From Gemmata obscuriglobus (GTDB lineage Bacteria; Planctomycetota; Planctomycetia; Gemmatales; Gemmataceae): a DNA stretch of 32,000 nucleotides. The translations under genes and the position numbers were made by a program. Below the pieces are notes generated by a model. The model was not told where the DNA came from. It was given only the letters and a program-made list of their open reading frames with translations, and searched no databases. Positions 18,371 through 28,012 of the stretch are shown piece after piece; positions within the stretch are counted from its first letter, which is position 1; every line of letters starts with the position of its first letter. The DNA lies in assembly GCF_008065095.1 (NCBI RefSeq), contig NZ_CP042911.1:6930001-6962000 (forward strand), given 5' to 3'.

Positions 18371-19357
18371 ATGAGCGGGTTCTGGCTCGATCGACCGACG
18401 CTCGTCACCGGCGCCACGGGGTTGGTGGGCGGGTGGGTCGTTCGCCGGCTCCTGCGCGCGCAGGCGGACGTGGTGTGCCTGGTCCGCGACTGGGCGCCGG
18501 ACAGCGAGTTCGAGCGCAGCGGGCTCTCGAAGCAGGTGAAGTCCGTCCGCGGGGACGTGTGCGACCAGGCGCTGCTCGAGCGGGTGTGCGGCGAGTACGA
18601 GATCGACACCGTCATCCACCTCGCGGCGCAAACGCTGGTGCCGGTGGCGAACCGCAACCCGGTCGCCACCTTCGAGAGCAACGTCCAGGGCACCTGGGCG
18701 CTGCTGGAGGCGTGCCGCCGCAGCCCGAAGGTGCGGCAGATCGTCCTCGCCTCCTCCGACAAGGCCTACGGCGACGCCGAGAAGCTGCCCTACGACGAGG
18801 GCACCCCGCTCCAGGGCCGCCACCCCTACGACGTGAGCAAGTCCTGCGCGGACCTGATCGCGCAGAGCTACGCCACCACCTACAACCTGCCCGTCGCGAT
18901 CACCCGGTGCGGCAACTTCTACGGCCCGGGCGACCTGAACTGGAACCGGATCGTCCCCGGCACCATCCGCTCGGTGATGCGCGGCGAGCGGCCGGTGATC
19001 CGGTCCGACGGGACGCACATCCGCGACTACTTCTACGTCGAGGACGGGGCCGCGGCGTACCTGATGCTCGCGGAGAAGCTGGCCGCCGACCCGACCCTCC
19101 GGGGCGAGGCGTTCAACTTCTCGAACGAGACCCAGGTGACCGTGCTGGACCTCGTGCGACTGCTGCTCGACCAGATGGGGACGCGCCTCACGCCCGACGT
19201 GCGGAACGAGGCGAGCCACGAGATCAAGCACCAGTCGCTCAGCGCCGCGAAGGCCCGCGCCCGGCTCGGCTGGGAGCCGCTGTTCACCCTCGAAGAGGGG
19301 CTGAGCCGGACGGTGCCCTGGTACCGCAACTTCCTGGGAGCGAGAAAAGCCGCATGA
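18371..19357 (+). CDS. rfbG: CDP-glucose 4,6-dehydratase
   Basis: Extended SDR: [28 protein letters not shown]. The N-terminus [11 protein letters not shown] and the overall length are typical of RfbG/DdhB, and the gene directly follows rfbF. Confidence 0.85.
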   Translation: MSGFWLDRPTLVTGATGLVGGWVVRRLLRAQADVVCLVRDWAPDSEFERSGLSKQVKSVRGDVCDQALLERVCGEYEIDTVIHLAAQTLVPVANRNPVATFESNVQGTWALLEACRRSPKVRQIVLASSDKAYGDAEKLPYDEGTPLQGRHPYDVSKSCADLIAQSYATTYNLPVAITRCGNFYGPGDLNWNRIVPGTIRSVMRGERPVIRSDGTHIRDYFYVEDGAAAYLMLAEKLAADPTLRGEAFNFSNETQVTVLDLVRLLLDQMGTRLTPDVRNEASHEIKHQSLSAAKARARLGWEPLFTLEEGLSRTVPWYRNFLGARKAA

Positions 19358-20598
19358 CCGCGACCGCCGCCTCCCCGTCCTGCCGGTCGTGCGGGGCGGG
19401 CGCGCTCTCCCCGGTGCTCTCGCTCGGGAGCACGCCCCTAGCTAACGCTCTGCGCGACCCGGCGGCCCCGGCCGCGCCCGAGCCCACGTTCCCGCTCGAC
19501 CTCGCGGTGTGCCCGCGGTGCTCGCTGGTGCAGATCACCGCCGAGGTGCCGCCCGACGACCTGTTCCGCGACTACGTCTACTTCTCGTCGTTCTCCGACA
19601 CGATGCTGCGGCACGCCGCGGAGCTGGCTCAGCGGGTCACGCGCGACGAGCGCCTGGGCCGCGACAGCCTCGTCGTGGAGGCCGCGAGTAACGACGGGTA
19701 CCTGCTCAAGAACTACCAGAGCGCCGGCGTGCGGGTGCTCGGCGTCGAGCCCGCCCGGAACGTGGCCCGGGTGGCCGTGGAACGCCACGGCATCCCGACC
19801 CGGACCGAGTTCTTCGGCCGCGCGTACGCGCACCAGCTCGTTTCCGAGGGCTACCGCGCGGACGTGTTCCACGCGCACAACGTCCTGGCCCACGTGCCGG
19901 ACCTCAACGGCTTCGTCGCCGGCGTCCGCGCCCTCCTCAAGCCGAGCGGCGTGGCGGTGATCGAGGCGCCCTACGTCAAGGACATGCTCGACGGGTGCGA
20001 GTTCGACACGATCTACCACGAGCACCTGTGCTACTTCTCGCTCACCGCCCTGGACGCGTGTTTCCGGCGGCACGGCTTGGTTATTCGTGACGTGGAGCGG
20101 GTGCCCATTCACGGCGGCACGCTCCGCATCTTCGCCGCGCCCGCCGAGAGCGTGGACGCGGTGTCGGCCCGCGTCACGGACCTGCTCGCGGAAGAGCGGG
20201 CGTGGGGCGTGAACACGTTCGAGCCGTACCGCGCGTTCGCGGAGCAGGTGTCGGCCATCAAGAAGGGGCTCCGCGCGCTGCTCGCGCAGTTGAAGGGCGA
20301 GGGCAAGCGGATCGCCGCCTATGGCGCGTCCGCGAAGGGGAGCACGCTGCTGAACTTCTGCGGGATCGGCGCGGAGACGCTCGACTTCGTGGTGGACCGC
20401 AGCACGGTGAAGCAGGGCAAGCTCACCCCGGGCACGCGGCTCCGGATCCACGCCCCGGACAAGCTGCTCGAGGACATGCCGGACTACACGCTGCTGCTCA
20501 CGTGGAACTTCGCGGACGAGATCCTGCGCCAGCAGGCCGAGTACCGCGCGCGCGGCGGGAAGTTCATCCTGCCCGTCCCGCTCCCCCGCGTGGCGTAA
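19354..20598 (+). CDS. NDP-hexose C-methyltransferase-like SAM enzyme (Zn-ribbon + class I MTase + C-methyltransferase C-terminal domain)
   Basis: CRSCG...CPRCSLVQ zinc ribbon, [15 protein letters not shown] loop, EHLCYFS, and [18 protein letters not shown]-terminal Rossmann-like domain, as in TylCIII-type enzymes. Its ATG overlaps the rfbG stop (ATGA, 19354-19357). Confidence 0.75.
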   Translation: MTATAASPSCRSCGAGALSPVLSLGSTPLANALRDPAAPAAPEPTFPLDLAVCPRCSLVQITAEVPPDDLFRDYVYFSSFSDTMLRHAAELAQRVTRDERLGRDSLVVEAASNDGYLLKNYQSAGVRVLGVEPARNVARVAVERHGIPTRTEFFGRAYAHQLVSEGYRADVFHAHNVLAHVPDLNGFVAGVRALLKPSGVAVIEAPYVKDMLDGCEFDTIYHEHLCYFSLTALDACFRRHGLVIRDVERVPIHGGTLRIFAAPAESVDAVSARVTDLLAEERAWGVNTFEPYRAFAEQVSAIKKGLRALLAQLKGEGKRIAAYGASAKGSTLLNFCGIGAETLDFVVDRSTVKQGKLTPGTRLRIHAPDKLLEDMPDYTLLLTWNFADEILRQQAEYRARGGKFILPVPLPRVA

Positions 20599-20605
20599 GG
20601 TGGAG

Positions 20606-20722
20606 CAGAAGAGGTTTCACCGGAGAGGGCGCAGAGAGTAAGACATTGAGGTTTAATTCGCCCGCACACGTGGGTCTTTTTCTCTGCGCCCTCTCGTGCC
20701 CTCTGCGGTGAAACCTCTTCTG
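20606..20722. repeat. 117-bp imperfect palindromic element filling the intergenic gap inside the sugar operon
   Basis: 20606-20622 pairs perfectly with 20706-20722 (17 bp) and 20623-20637 pairs perfectly with 20681-20695 (15 bp). There is a 10-nt bulge (20696-20705, a near copy of the neighbouring 10-mer) and a 43-nt A/T-richer loop. Confidence 0.8.
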
Positions 20723-20740
20723 TATTGTCGGATCTTTGCC

Positions 20741-21274
20741 ATGCTGTTCCTTCCCACCGAGCTGCCGGGCGTGTTCGTGATCGAGCCCGAGCCGACGGGC
20801 GACGACCGCGGGCTGTTCGCGCGCACCTACTGCGCGGAGGAGTTCGCCCGCCGCGGGCTCTGCACGCAGTGGGCGCAGTGCAACGTGTCGTTCAACACCC
20901 GGGCCGGCACGCTCCGCGGGATGCACTGGCAGGCGGCCCCGCACGAGGAGGTGAAGCTCGTGCGCTGCACCGCCGGGGCCGCGCTCGACGTGGTCGCCGA
21001 CGCCCGGCCCGACTCGCCGACGTACCGGAAGTGGGTGGCGGTGGAGCTCACCGCCGCGAACCGCCGCGCGGTGTACATCCCGGGCGGGTACGCGCACGGG
21101 TTCCAGACGTTCGCCGACGGCACGGAACTCTTCTACCAGATGTCGGCGTTCTACGTGCCCGGGGCCGCCCGCGGCGCCCGCTGGGACGATCCCGCGCTCG
21201 GGATCGCGTGGCCGCCGTGCGACCGGCGCGTGATCGCGCCGCGCGACCTGTCTTTCCCGGACCTGCCGACATGA
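20741..21274 (+). CDS. NDP-4-keto-6-deoxyhexose 3,5-epimerase family protein (RmlC/RfbC-like cupin)
   Basis: GDDRGLFARTY, NVSFNTRAGTLRGMHWQ, KLVRCTAGAALDVVAD, YIPGGYAHGFQT and WDDPALGIAWP match the RmlC signature order. Confidence 0.85.
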   Translation: MLFLPTELPGVFVIEPEPTGDDRGLFARTYCAEEFARRGLCTQWAQCNVSFNTRAGTLRGMHWQAAPHEEVKLVRCTAGAALDVVADARPDSPTYRKWVAVELTAANRRAVYIPGGYAHGFQTFADGTELFYQMSAFYVPGAARGARWDDPALGIAWPPCDRRVIAPRDLSFPDLPT

Positions 21275-22179
21275 ACCGCCTGCTCATCACCGGCGCGACC
21301 GGTTTCATCGGCGCCCCGGCCGTCCGCGCCGCCCGCGGCCACTTCGAGGTCCACGCGACGGCACGCGCGCCCCGGGCGCCGGTCCCGGACGGCGTACGGT
21401 TCCACCGGTGCGACGTCCTGAACGCGGCCGAGGCCGAACAGCTTGTTGCGGACGTGCGGCCCACGCACCTGCTCCACCTCGCCTGGGTCGCGACCCCCGG
21501 CGTGTACTGGACGACGCCCGAGAACCACCGGTGGGCGGAGGCGTCGAAGCGGCTGCTGTCCGCGTTCGTCCGGAACGGCGGCCGGCGCGCGGTGGTGACC
21601 GGGTCGTGCGCCGAGTACGACTGGGCGGCCGCCGGTGCGTGCCGCGAGACCGACCCGCCCGCGCGGCCGCACACCACCTACGGGCGGTGCAAGCTCGCGT
21701 TCGGGCACTGGGCCGAAACGCTGGGCGCGGCACGGGGCGTGAACGTCGCGCGGGCGCGGCTGTTCTTCCTGTACGGGCCGCACGAGCACCCGGCGCGGCT
21801 GGTCCCGTCGGTCGCCCGGGCGCTGCTCGCGGGCGCGCCGGCGGCGTGCTCTGCCGGCACACAGGTGCGCGACTTCCTGCACGTGGACGACGCCGCCGAC
21901 GCGCTCGTCGCGCTCACGCGGGCCGGGCTGACGGGCGCCGTGAACGTCGGGTCGGGAACGCCGGTCGCGGTCCGCGATGTGATCGGGCGGGTGGCCGCCG
22001 CGTGCGGGCGGCCCGAACTGGTCCGGCTGGGCGAGCGGGACACGCCCGCGGCCGAACCGCCGCTCCTGGTCGCCGATGTGACCCGGCTCCGCGACGAACT
22101 CGGGTGGCGGCCCCGGATCGACCTCGGCACCGGGCTGGACGAGACCGTGGGCTGGTGGAGGGCGAACCGTGCCGCGTGA
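21271..22179 (+). CDS. NAD(P)-dependent SDR epimerase/reductase (probable sugar 4-ketoreductase)
   Basis: ITGATGFIG glycine-rich loop, YGRCK catalytic YxxxK, DFLHVDD. Its ATG overlaps the upstream stop (ATGA, 21271-21274). Confidence 0.75.
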   Translation: MNRLLITGATGFIGAPAVRAARGHFEVHATARAPRAPVPDGVRFHRCDVLNAAEAEQLVADVRPTHLLHLAWVATPGVYWTTPENHRWAEASKRLLSAFVRNGGRRAVVTGSCAEYDWAAAGACRETDPPARPHTTYGRCKLAFGHWAETLGAARGVNVARARLFFLYGPHEHPARLVPSVARALLAGAPAACSAGTQVRDFLHVDDAADALVALTRAGLTGAVNVGSGTPVAVRDVIGRVAAACGRPELVRLGERDTPAAEPPLLVADVTRLRDELGWRPRIDLGTGLDETVGWWRANRAA

Positions 22180-23368
22180 GACCTGCCCAGTGTGCGGCTC
22201 GGCCGGCACCGAACCGTTCCTGTCCCGGACCGGCGTACCCGTTCACCAGAACCTGCTGTTCGACGCGGCCGCGTCCGCCCGCGCGATCGCGCGCGGCGAC
22301 CTGGAGATGCGTGCGTGCGGCGGGTGCGGCTTCGTGTTCAACGCGGTGTTCGACCCGGCACTCGTGGAGTACGGGCCGAGCTACGAGAACAGCCAAAACC
22401 ACTCCGCCGCGTTCAACGCGCACCTCGACCAACTGGCCGACCACATCGTCGTCGGGCGCGGGGTTTCGTCCGGACGCATCGTCGAGGTCGGGTGCGGGAA
22501 GGGCGCGTTCCTTCACAAGCTGCTCGGGCACCCGCGGAGCGCGTGCGACGCGATCGGGTTCGATCCCGCGTACACCGGCCCGCTGGAGGCGCCGGGCTGG
22601 CGGGTCCGGTTCGTTCCCGACTTCTACGGCCCGGAAACGGCGGTGCCTGCCGACGCGGTCGTGTGCCGGCACGTGATCGAGCACATACCGGACCCGCTGG
22701 CCCTGCTCCGCACCGTGCGGGCCGGCGTGGGCGCGTCGGGCGCGACCCGGGTGTTCTTCGAGACCCCGTGCGCCGAGTGGATCCTGCGGAACCGCGTGCC
22801 GTGGGACTTCTTCTACGAGCACTGCTCGCTGTTCACGGCGGAGAGCCTCGCGCTGGCGCTCGCGCGCGCCGGGTTCGGCGTCACCGACGTGCGGCACATC
22901 TTCGGCGGCCAGTACCTCTGGGCCGAAGGCACGGCGGTGTGGGGGGGCGGCCCTCCTCCCGAAGCGCGGGAGCTGAAGAGCGGAGCGCATTCGTGCGCGC
23001 TCGCCCGCGCGTTCACGGCCGAGGAACAGAACCTTCGCGCCGCGTGGAGCGCCATGCTCGAAGAGGCGGGCGCGCGGGGGCCGGTGTTCGCGTGGGGCGC
23101 GGGGGCGAAGGGCGTCACGTTCTGCAACCTCGCGGACCCGGACGGGACGCGGGTCGCCGGGGTGGTGGACGTGAACCCCGCCAAGCAGGGCAAGTACCTC
23201 CCCGGGACCGGGCACCCGATCGCCGCCCCCGGGGCCGCCGCCGGGGCCGCCGCGGTGCTGGTGTTCAACCCCAACTACCTCGCCGAGGTGCGGGACCAGC
23301 TCGCCGCCCTCGGGAGCCGCGCCGAGGTGATCGACCCGATGCAGGAGGCCGTGACATGCGACTCGTGA
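22169..23368 (+). CDS. Second Zn-ribbon SAM-dependent methyltransferase, a paralogue-like relative of the C-methyltransferase
   Basis: CPVCGS...CGGCGFVFN, IVEVGCGKGAFL SAM loop, YEHCSLF, VFAWGAGAKGVTFCN C-terminal domain. The GTG start overlaps the upstream gene by 11 nt. Confidence 0.7.
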   Translation: MPRETCPVCGSAGTEPFLSRTGVPVHQNLLFDAAASARAIARGDLEMRACGGCGFVFNAVFDPALVEYGPSYENSQNHSAAFNAHLDQLADHIVVGRGVSSGRIVEVGCGKGAFLHKLLGHPRSACDAIGFDPAYTGPLEAPGWRVRFVPDFYGPETAVPADAVVCRHVIEHIPDPLALLRTVRAGVGASGATRVFFETPCAEWILRNRVPWDFFYEHCSLFTAESLALALARAGFGVTDVRHIFGGQYLWAEGTAVWGGGPPPEARELKSGAHSCALARAFTAEEQNLRAAWSAMLEEAGARGPVFAWGAGAKGVTFCNLADPDGTRVAGVVDVNPAKQGKYLPGTGHPIAAPGAAAGAAAVLVFNPNYLAEVRDQLAALGSRAEVIDPMQEAVTCDS

Positions 23369-24123
23369 TCGACACCGACGCCCGGACCGTGACCGCCGAG
23401 CGCGGCGGGGCACGCGAGGAGCACCCGCTGGACTCGGCCGCGGCGTTCGACCTCATCACCGAGCACTGGGTCACCGTCGGTTGGACGCAGAAGTACGCCT
23501 ACGGCTTCACCTGGCTCGGGCGCCCGATCATTCAACTGCCCGAGGACATGATCCGGATTCAGGAGGTGCTGCACCGGGTGAAGCCGGACGTGATCGTGGA
23601 AACCGGCGTCGCCCACGGCGGCTCACTCATCTACTACGCGAGCCTGTGCAAGGCGACCGATAAGGGGCGCGTGATCGGGGTGGACATCGAGATCCGGCCG
23701 CACAACCGGGCCGCGATCGAGGCGCACCCGCTGGCCGGTTACATCACGCTCATTGAGGGCAGCTCCACCGCCCCCGAAACGGTCGCGCAGGTGAAGGGCC
23801 TCATCCGCCCCGGCGAGCGGGTGCTGGTGCTGCTCGACTCGAACCACTCCAAGGCCCACGTCCGCGCCGAACTGGACCTGTACGCGGAGCTGGTCAGCCC
23901 CGGGTCGTACATCGTGGCGACCGACGGGATCATGGGCGCGCTGGCCGGGCGGCCCGGGTCGCAGCCCGGGTGGGAGTGGGACAACCCGACCGAAGCGGCC
24001 CGCGAGTTCCAGGCCGCCAACCCGCAGTTCACGCTCGAAGAGAACACGTTCGCGTTCAACGAGGGGAAGATCGCCCGGCACGTCACCTACTGGCCGTCGG
24101 CGTACCTGCGCCGGGCGGCGTGA
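23356..24123 (+). CDS. CmcI / cephalosporin-hydroxylase-family methyltransferase
   Basis: WLGRPIIQLPEDMIRIQEVLHRVKPDVIVETGVAHGGSLIYYA and LVLLDSNHSKAHVRAELDLY are typical of this family. AGGAGG lies upstream, and the ATG overlaps the upstream gene by 13 nt. Confidence 0.8.
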   Translation: MRLVIDTDARTVTAERGGAREEHPLDSAAAFDLITEHWVTVGWTQKYAYGFTWLGRPIIQLPEDMIRIQEVLHRVKPDVIVETGVAHGGSLIYYASLCKATDKGRVIGVDIEIRPHNRAAIEAHPLAGYITLIEGSSTAPETVAQVKGLIRPGERVLVLLDSNHSKAHVRAELDLYAELVSPGSYIVATDGIMGALAGRPGSQPGWEWDNPTEAAREFQAANPQFTLEENTFAFNEGKIARHVTYWPSAYLRRAA

Positions 24124-24132
24124 GCCGGGCGC

Positions 24133-25923
24133 CTACTTCGCGGGCCGCAGCACGATCTGCCGCAGGTCCATCACCGCGGCCCCGGGCTTGGTCTTCGCCT
24201 TCACGGTGAGCGTGTGCCGCCCGGCCGCCGCGACCTTGAGCGTGCCCACGTCGCGGGCCTCGAACGCCTGGAACCCGCCGGTGTCCTTGACCGTAAAGGT
24301 GAGCTTCTCGGCCCCGACGGCGAGTTCCACCTCCGCGCCGCCGCTCCCCCTCCCGCACCCCTGGAGCACCTCGACGGCGAACGTGCCGCCCTTGTCTACC
24401 GTGAAGTCGAACGTCGCGGAGTCGTCCTTGTTCACCCAGAACCCGAGCGTGTTCTTGTGCGGAAGCGGCTCGAACCGCAGCATCGTGCCGGTCACGAGCG
24501 CGGTGCGTGCGTGCAGCGTGATCGCCCCGTCCTTGTCGGGCGGGTTCGGCCGGTAGTCCGGGTTCGGGGTCGGCATCTTCGCGCCCACGTCCGTGCGCCA
24601 GGCGTCGAGCTTCGCGGCCAGGTCCTTCACCACGTCCGGCTTGTCCGCGGCGAGGTTGCGGCTCTCGGACAGGTCCTTCGCCACGTCGAACAGCTCGCGC
24701 CGGCCGTCCTCGTAGTACTCCACCAGCTTGTAGTTGCCCGCGCGAACCGCCCCGCCGGGCCGGCTCCCCTGGTTCGCGTAGTGCGGGTAGTGCCAGTACA
24801 GTGCCCGCGGCTTCAACTTCTCGCCGCCGAACGCCGGCACCAGCGAAACGCCGTCGCGCCGGGCCGCGCTCGTCGCCCCCGTCGCTTCGAGGATCGTGTC
24901 GAAGAAGTCGATGCTGCACGCGACCTGATCCATAACGGTCCCGGGCTTGACCTTGCCGGGCCACTTCGCGATCAGCGGCACGCGAACGCCGCCCTCGTAC
25001 AGGTACCCCTTCCCCTCGCGCAGCGGGGCGTTGATCGTCGGTGCGAACGGCATCCCTTCGAGGGTCGCGAGGCCGCCGTTGTCGCTCGTGAAGAGCACCA
25101 GCGTGTTGTCGCTCAGCTTCAGGTCGTCGAGCCGCTTGAGCACCCGCCCGACGGCGGCGTCCATGCTCTCGACCATCGCGGCGTACACGGGGTTGCTCTG
25201 CCGCCCGTGGACGGCCTGAGTTTTGTACTTATCGACCAGCGGTTGCGGCGCCCGCAGAGGGGTGTGAACGCCGTAGTGCGGCAGGTACAGGAAGAACGGC
25301 TTGTCCTTGTTCGCGGTGATGAACGTTTCGGCCTCCGCGGCCAGCCGGTCCGTGAGGTACTCGTCGGGCGCGGCCTTCTCCAGCCCCGGCATCGTCGCCC
25401 CGGCCTTATTCGCGAAGGGGGCGAAGTAGCTCAGCGGGGTGCCGGTGTGGTCGCCGGCGACGTTCACGTCGAAGCCCTGCTTCTCGGGCTCGAACCCTTT
25501 CCCGCCCAGGTGCCATTTGCCGATGTGCGCGGTGACGTACCCGTGCCCTTTGAGCGTCTCCGCGACGGTGACTTCTTCGAGCGCGAGTTCGTTCTTCAGT
25601 TCGGGCCGCTTGAGCCGCTGGCCGGGCAGGTCCTTGCGCCCCGGGAGCCAGTCGGTGATGCCGACGCGCTGCGGGTACTTGCCCGTCATGATGCTCGCGC
25701 GGGTGGGCGAGCACACCGGGCACGCGGCGTAGAAGTCGGTGAACCGCACGCCGTCTTTGGCCATCCGGTCGATGTTGGGGGTCTTGTAGAACGTGCTGCC
25801 GTAGCAGCCGAGATCCCGCTGCCCCAAGTCGTCGATCACGATCAGCACGACGTTGGGTTTGCCCGCGGCCGAAGCCGGGAGCGCGAAGAAGCCGAGCGCC
25901 AGAACCGCAAACGCGCGTAACAC
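24133..25923 (-). CDS. Secreted arylsulfatase-A-family sulfatase with an extra C-terminal beta-rich domain
   Basis: PNVVLIVIDDLG and the formylglycine site CPVCSPTRASIMTG. The signal peptide (V)LRAFAVLALGFFALPASA starts at GTG 25923, with GGAGA 7 nt upstream. The longer ATG-initiated ORF (to 26382) would overlap the DUF1501 gene. Confidence 0.85.
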   Translation of the reverse strand: MLRAFAVLALGFFALPASAAGKPNVVLIVIDDLGQRDLGCYGSTFYKTPNIDRMAKDGVRFTDFYAACPVCSPTRASIMTGKYPQRVGITDWLPGRKDLPGQRLKRPELKNELALEEVTVAETLKGHGYVTAHIGKWHLGGKGFEPEKQGFDVNVAGDHTGTPLSYFAPFANKAGATMPGLEKAAPDEYLTDRLAAEAETFITANKDKPFFLYLPHYGVHTPLRAPQPLVDKYKTQAVHGRQSNPVYAAMVESMDAAVGRVLKRLDDLKLSDNTLVLFTSDNGGLATLEGMPFAPTINAPLREGKGYLYEGGVRVPLIAKWPGKVKPGTVMDQVACSIDFFDTILEATGATSAARRDGVSLVPAFGGEKLKPRALYWHYPHYANQGSRPGGAVRAGNYKLVEYYEDGRRELFDVAKDLSESRNLAADKPDVVKDLAAKLDAWRTDVGAKMPTPNPDYRPNPPDKDGAITLHARTALVTGTMLRFEPLPHKNTLGFWVNKDDSATFDFTVDKGGTFAVEVLQGCGRGSGGAEVELAVGAEKLTFTVKDTGGFQAFEARDVGTLKVAAAGRHTLTVKAKTKPGAAVMDLRQIVLRPAK

Positions 25924-25970
25924 GAGAGAGTCTCCAGGAGAGGCGGAAGGGGCCGCGCGAGCCGCGCCGG

Positions 25971-27374
25971 CTACGCGATGATGTCCTTGATGACGGCCCC
26001 GTGGTCGATGTCGAGGCGCTTGCGGCCCGGGATCTCGAGCTTCCGCGAGTCGAGGCCGAGTTGATGTAGGATCGTGGCGTGAACGTCGGTGACGTAGTGC
26101 CGGTTCTCGACCGCGTGGAATCCGATCTCGTCCGTCGCGCCGTGAACGACCCCGCCTTTCAAGCCGCCGCCGGCCATCCACACGCTGAACCCGTAGATGT
26201 GGTGGTCGCGGCCGTCGCTCCCCTGCGACCCGGGGGTGCGGCCGAACTCGGTGCAGAACACCACGATCGTCTCTTTGAGCAGCCCGAGCCGCTTCAGGTC
26301 CTTCAGCAGCCCGCCGACCGGCTGATCGACCGCGAGGCAGTTCTTCGCGTGGTTCGCCTTGAGGCCGCCGTGCGCGTCCCACACGCCCGCGCCGCCGGCC
26401 CCGTGCTGGATCTGGACGAACCGGACGCCGCGCTCCACCAGCCGCCGCGACGCCAGCAACTGCATCCCGAAGGGGCGCGTCTCGGGCCGGTCGATCCCGT
26501 AGAGCTTCTTGGTTTCCTCAGTTTCCTTTGAGAAGTCGAGCAGTTCGGGCAGCGACTTCTGCATTCGGAACGCCAGCTCGTAGCTCTTGATGCGGGCGTC
26601 CAGGGCGGGGTCGTTCGGGTAATCCTTCTCGCGCAACTTGTTGAGCTTCCCGGACAGCGTGAAGCCGGCCTTCTGTTCGGCGGCGGTCACCGCCACCTCG
26701 GGCTTGCCGTAGTCGAGCGGGTTCGCCGGATCGACGCGGACCGGGACGGCGTCGTGCGCCGGGCCGAGGTAGTGGCCGTCCTTGAGGTTCCAGTACTCGC
26801 GGCTGCCCATCGACACGAACTGGGGCAGGTTCTCGTTCAGCGTGCCGAGCCCGTAATGCGCCCAGGCGCCGAGCGTGGGGAACTCGCCGTCGAGCATGTG
26901 GCGGCCGGTGTGGAACTGCGTCTGGGCGCCGTGGTTGTCGTCGGTCGTCCACATCGAGCGGATCACCGCCAGGTCATCGACGCAGGAGCCGATGTGGGGC
27001 ACCCAGTCGCTGAACGCGACGCCCGCCCGCCCGTACTTCCGGAACCCCACCTGGAGCGGGTACAGCTTGTTCCGCTGCTGGCCGTTCGCGTCGTTGACCA
27101 CGGTGACCCGGGCGAGTTTGAGCTTCTCGGGGTCCTGCGCGTCGGGCACCGGGCCTTCCTTGATGGTCTTGCCCGCGAACTTGGTGAGCGCCGGCTTCGG
27201 GTCGAACGTCTCCATGTGCGAGACGCCGCCGTTCATGAACAGCCAGATCACCGACTTCGCCTTGGGGGCGAAGTGGGGCTTCCCGTCCGGCGGCGCCCAC
27301 GCCGCGTCGGAGGAGTAGCCGTCGCGGTGGAGCATCGCGGCGAGAGCGAGGGAGGCGAAATCGCGACGGTTCAT
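25971..27374 (-). CDS. DUF1501 family protein (sulfatase-like fold, Tat-type signal)
   Basis: [15 protein letters not shown] (RRDF twin-arginine-type start at 27374), [29 protein letters not shown]. The 60 extra upstream codons of the 526-aa ORF read through a low-complexity repeat and are rejected. Confidence 0.85.
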   Translation of the reverse strand: MNRRDFASLALAAMLHRDGYSSDAAWAPPDGKPHFAPKAKSVIWLFMNGGVSHMETFDPKPALTKFAGKTIKEGPVPDAQDPEKLKLARVTVVNDANGQQRNKLYPLQVGFRKYGRAGVAFSDWVPHIGSCVDDLAVIRSMWTTDDNHGAQTQFHTGRHMLDGEFPTLGAWAHYGLGTLNENLPQFVSMGSREYWNLKDGHYLGPAHDAVPVRVDPANPLDYGKPEVAVTAAEQKAGFTLSGKLNKLREKDYPNDPALDARIKSYELAFRMQKSLPELLDFSKETEETKKLYGIDRPETRPFGMQLLASRRLVERGVRFVQIQHGAGGAGVWDAHGGLKANHAKNCLAVDQPVGGLLKDLKRLGLLKETIVVFCTEFGRTPGSQGSDGRDHHIYGFSVWMAGGGLKGGVVHGATDEIGFHAVENRHYVTDVHATILHQLGLDSRKLEIPGRKRLDIDHGAVIKDIIA

Positions 27375-27397
27375 AAGGCACCGGGACGGAAGATAAA

Positions 27398-27491
27398 GGG
27401 CCGCAAAAAGACCACAGAAGAGTTCAAAAGGCAAAAGAGGAATGGCCGCAAAAAAGCACAAAAAGCACAAAAGGAAACCGAAGACATTGAG
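27398..27491. repeat. A-rich repeat flank downstream of the GxxExxY gene (left arm of the cassette)
   Basis: Two copies of GGCCGCAAAAA, a tandem AGCACAAAA x2, CAGAAGAG at 27415-27422 and AAGACATTGAG at 27481-27491. Positions 27432-27473 are the reverse complement of 27964-28005 (41 of 42 nt). Confidence 0.8.
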
Positions 27492-27498
27492 CGGCGAA

Positions 27499-27900
27499 TC
27501 AATCAAGAGCGTCGGCCAGGATGTACTTCTTGATGTAGTAGCGCGGGCCACCGAAGTTGATCAGTAAACCGTGTTCGACACGTGAGCAGCGGAGGTATCC
27601 CAAAAGTTGGGCGGCGTGCTCATCGACGATGTGCCGAACGGCCTTCAGTTCGACCAAAAGCACGTTTTCAACGAACAGGTCTGCAAAGAATTCGCCCAGA
27701 ACGGTACCGTCTTCGTCACGCACCGAGAGCGGGTGCTGAGCGACGACCGCAACGCCTTGCTTCCGGAGCCGGTGAAGGAGAGCGTTCTCGTACACCTTTT
27801 CAAGGTGCCCGTTCCGCAGGTACTCGTGGATCGCGAACCCTGTTTCGCGGACGATATCGCACAGCTCGAACACGCTGCTCCAAGGTTTTATCGTGTTCAT
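27499..27900 (-). CDS. GxxExxY family protein (small PD-(D/E)xK-fold protein, PDDEXK_3-like)
   Basis: [11 protein letters not shown] (G-x-x-E-x-x-Y), [18 protein letters not shown] (D...ExK), [18 protein letters not shown] lies 6 nt upstream of the ATG at 27900. GC content is lower than in neighbouring genes. Confidence 0.8.
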   Translation of the reverse strand: MNTIKPWSSVFELCDIVRETGFAIHEYLRNGHLEKVYENALLHRLRKQGVAVVAQHPLSVRDEDGTVLGEFFADLFVENVLLVELKAVRHIVDEHAAQLLGYLRCSRVEHGLLINFGGPRYYIKKYILADALD

Positions 27901-27910
27901 TCGTTACCTC

Positions 27911-28012
27911 GTTTTTGCGGCCGTTCCTCTTCCGTCTTTTGAACTCTCTGCGGTCTTGGTTTTCTTTTGTGCTTTTTGTGCTTTTTTGCGGCCATTCCTC
28001 TTCTGCTTTTTG
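27911..28012. repeat. T-rich repeat flank upstream of the GxxExxY gene (right arm of the cassette)
   Basis: Two copies of TTTTTGCGGCC, a tandem TTTTGTGCT x2 and CCTCTTCTG at 27997-28005. The arm is reverse-complementary to modules of the left flank (27413-27485), with the modules in a different order. Confidence 0.8.

Noticed and set aside
27375-27551. N-terminal extension of the DUF1501 ORF ([40 protein letters not shown]...). It looks like a membrane helix.
   Set aside because: It is the translation of the T/A-rich repeat flank and the 3' end of the GxxExxY gene. A canonical Tat-type start MNRRDF at 27374 fits the family.
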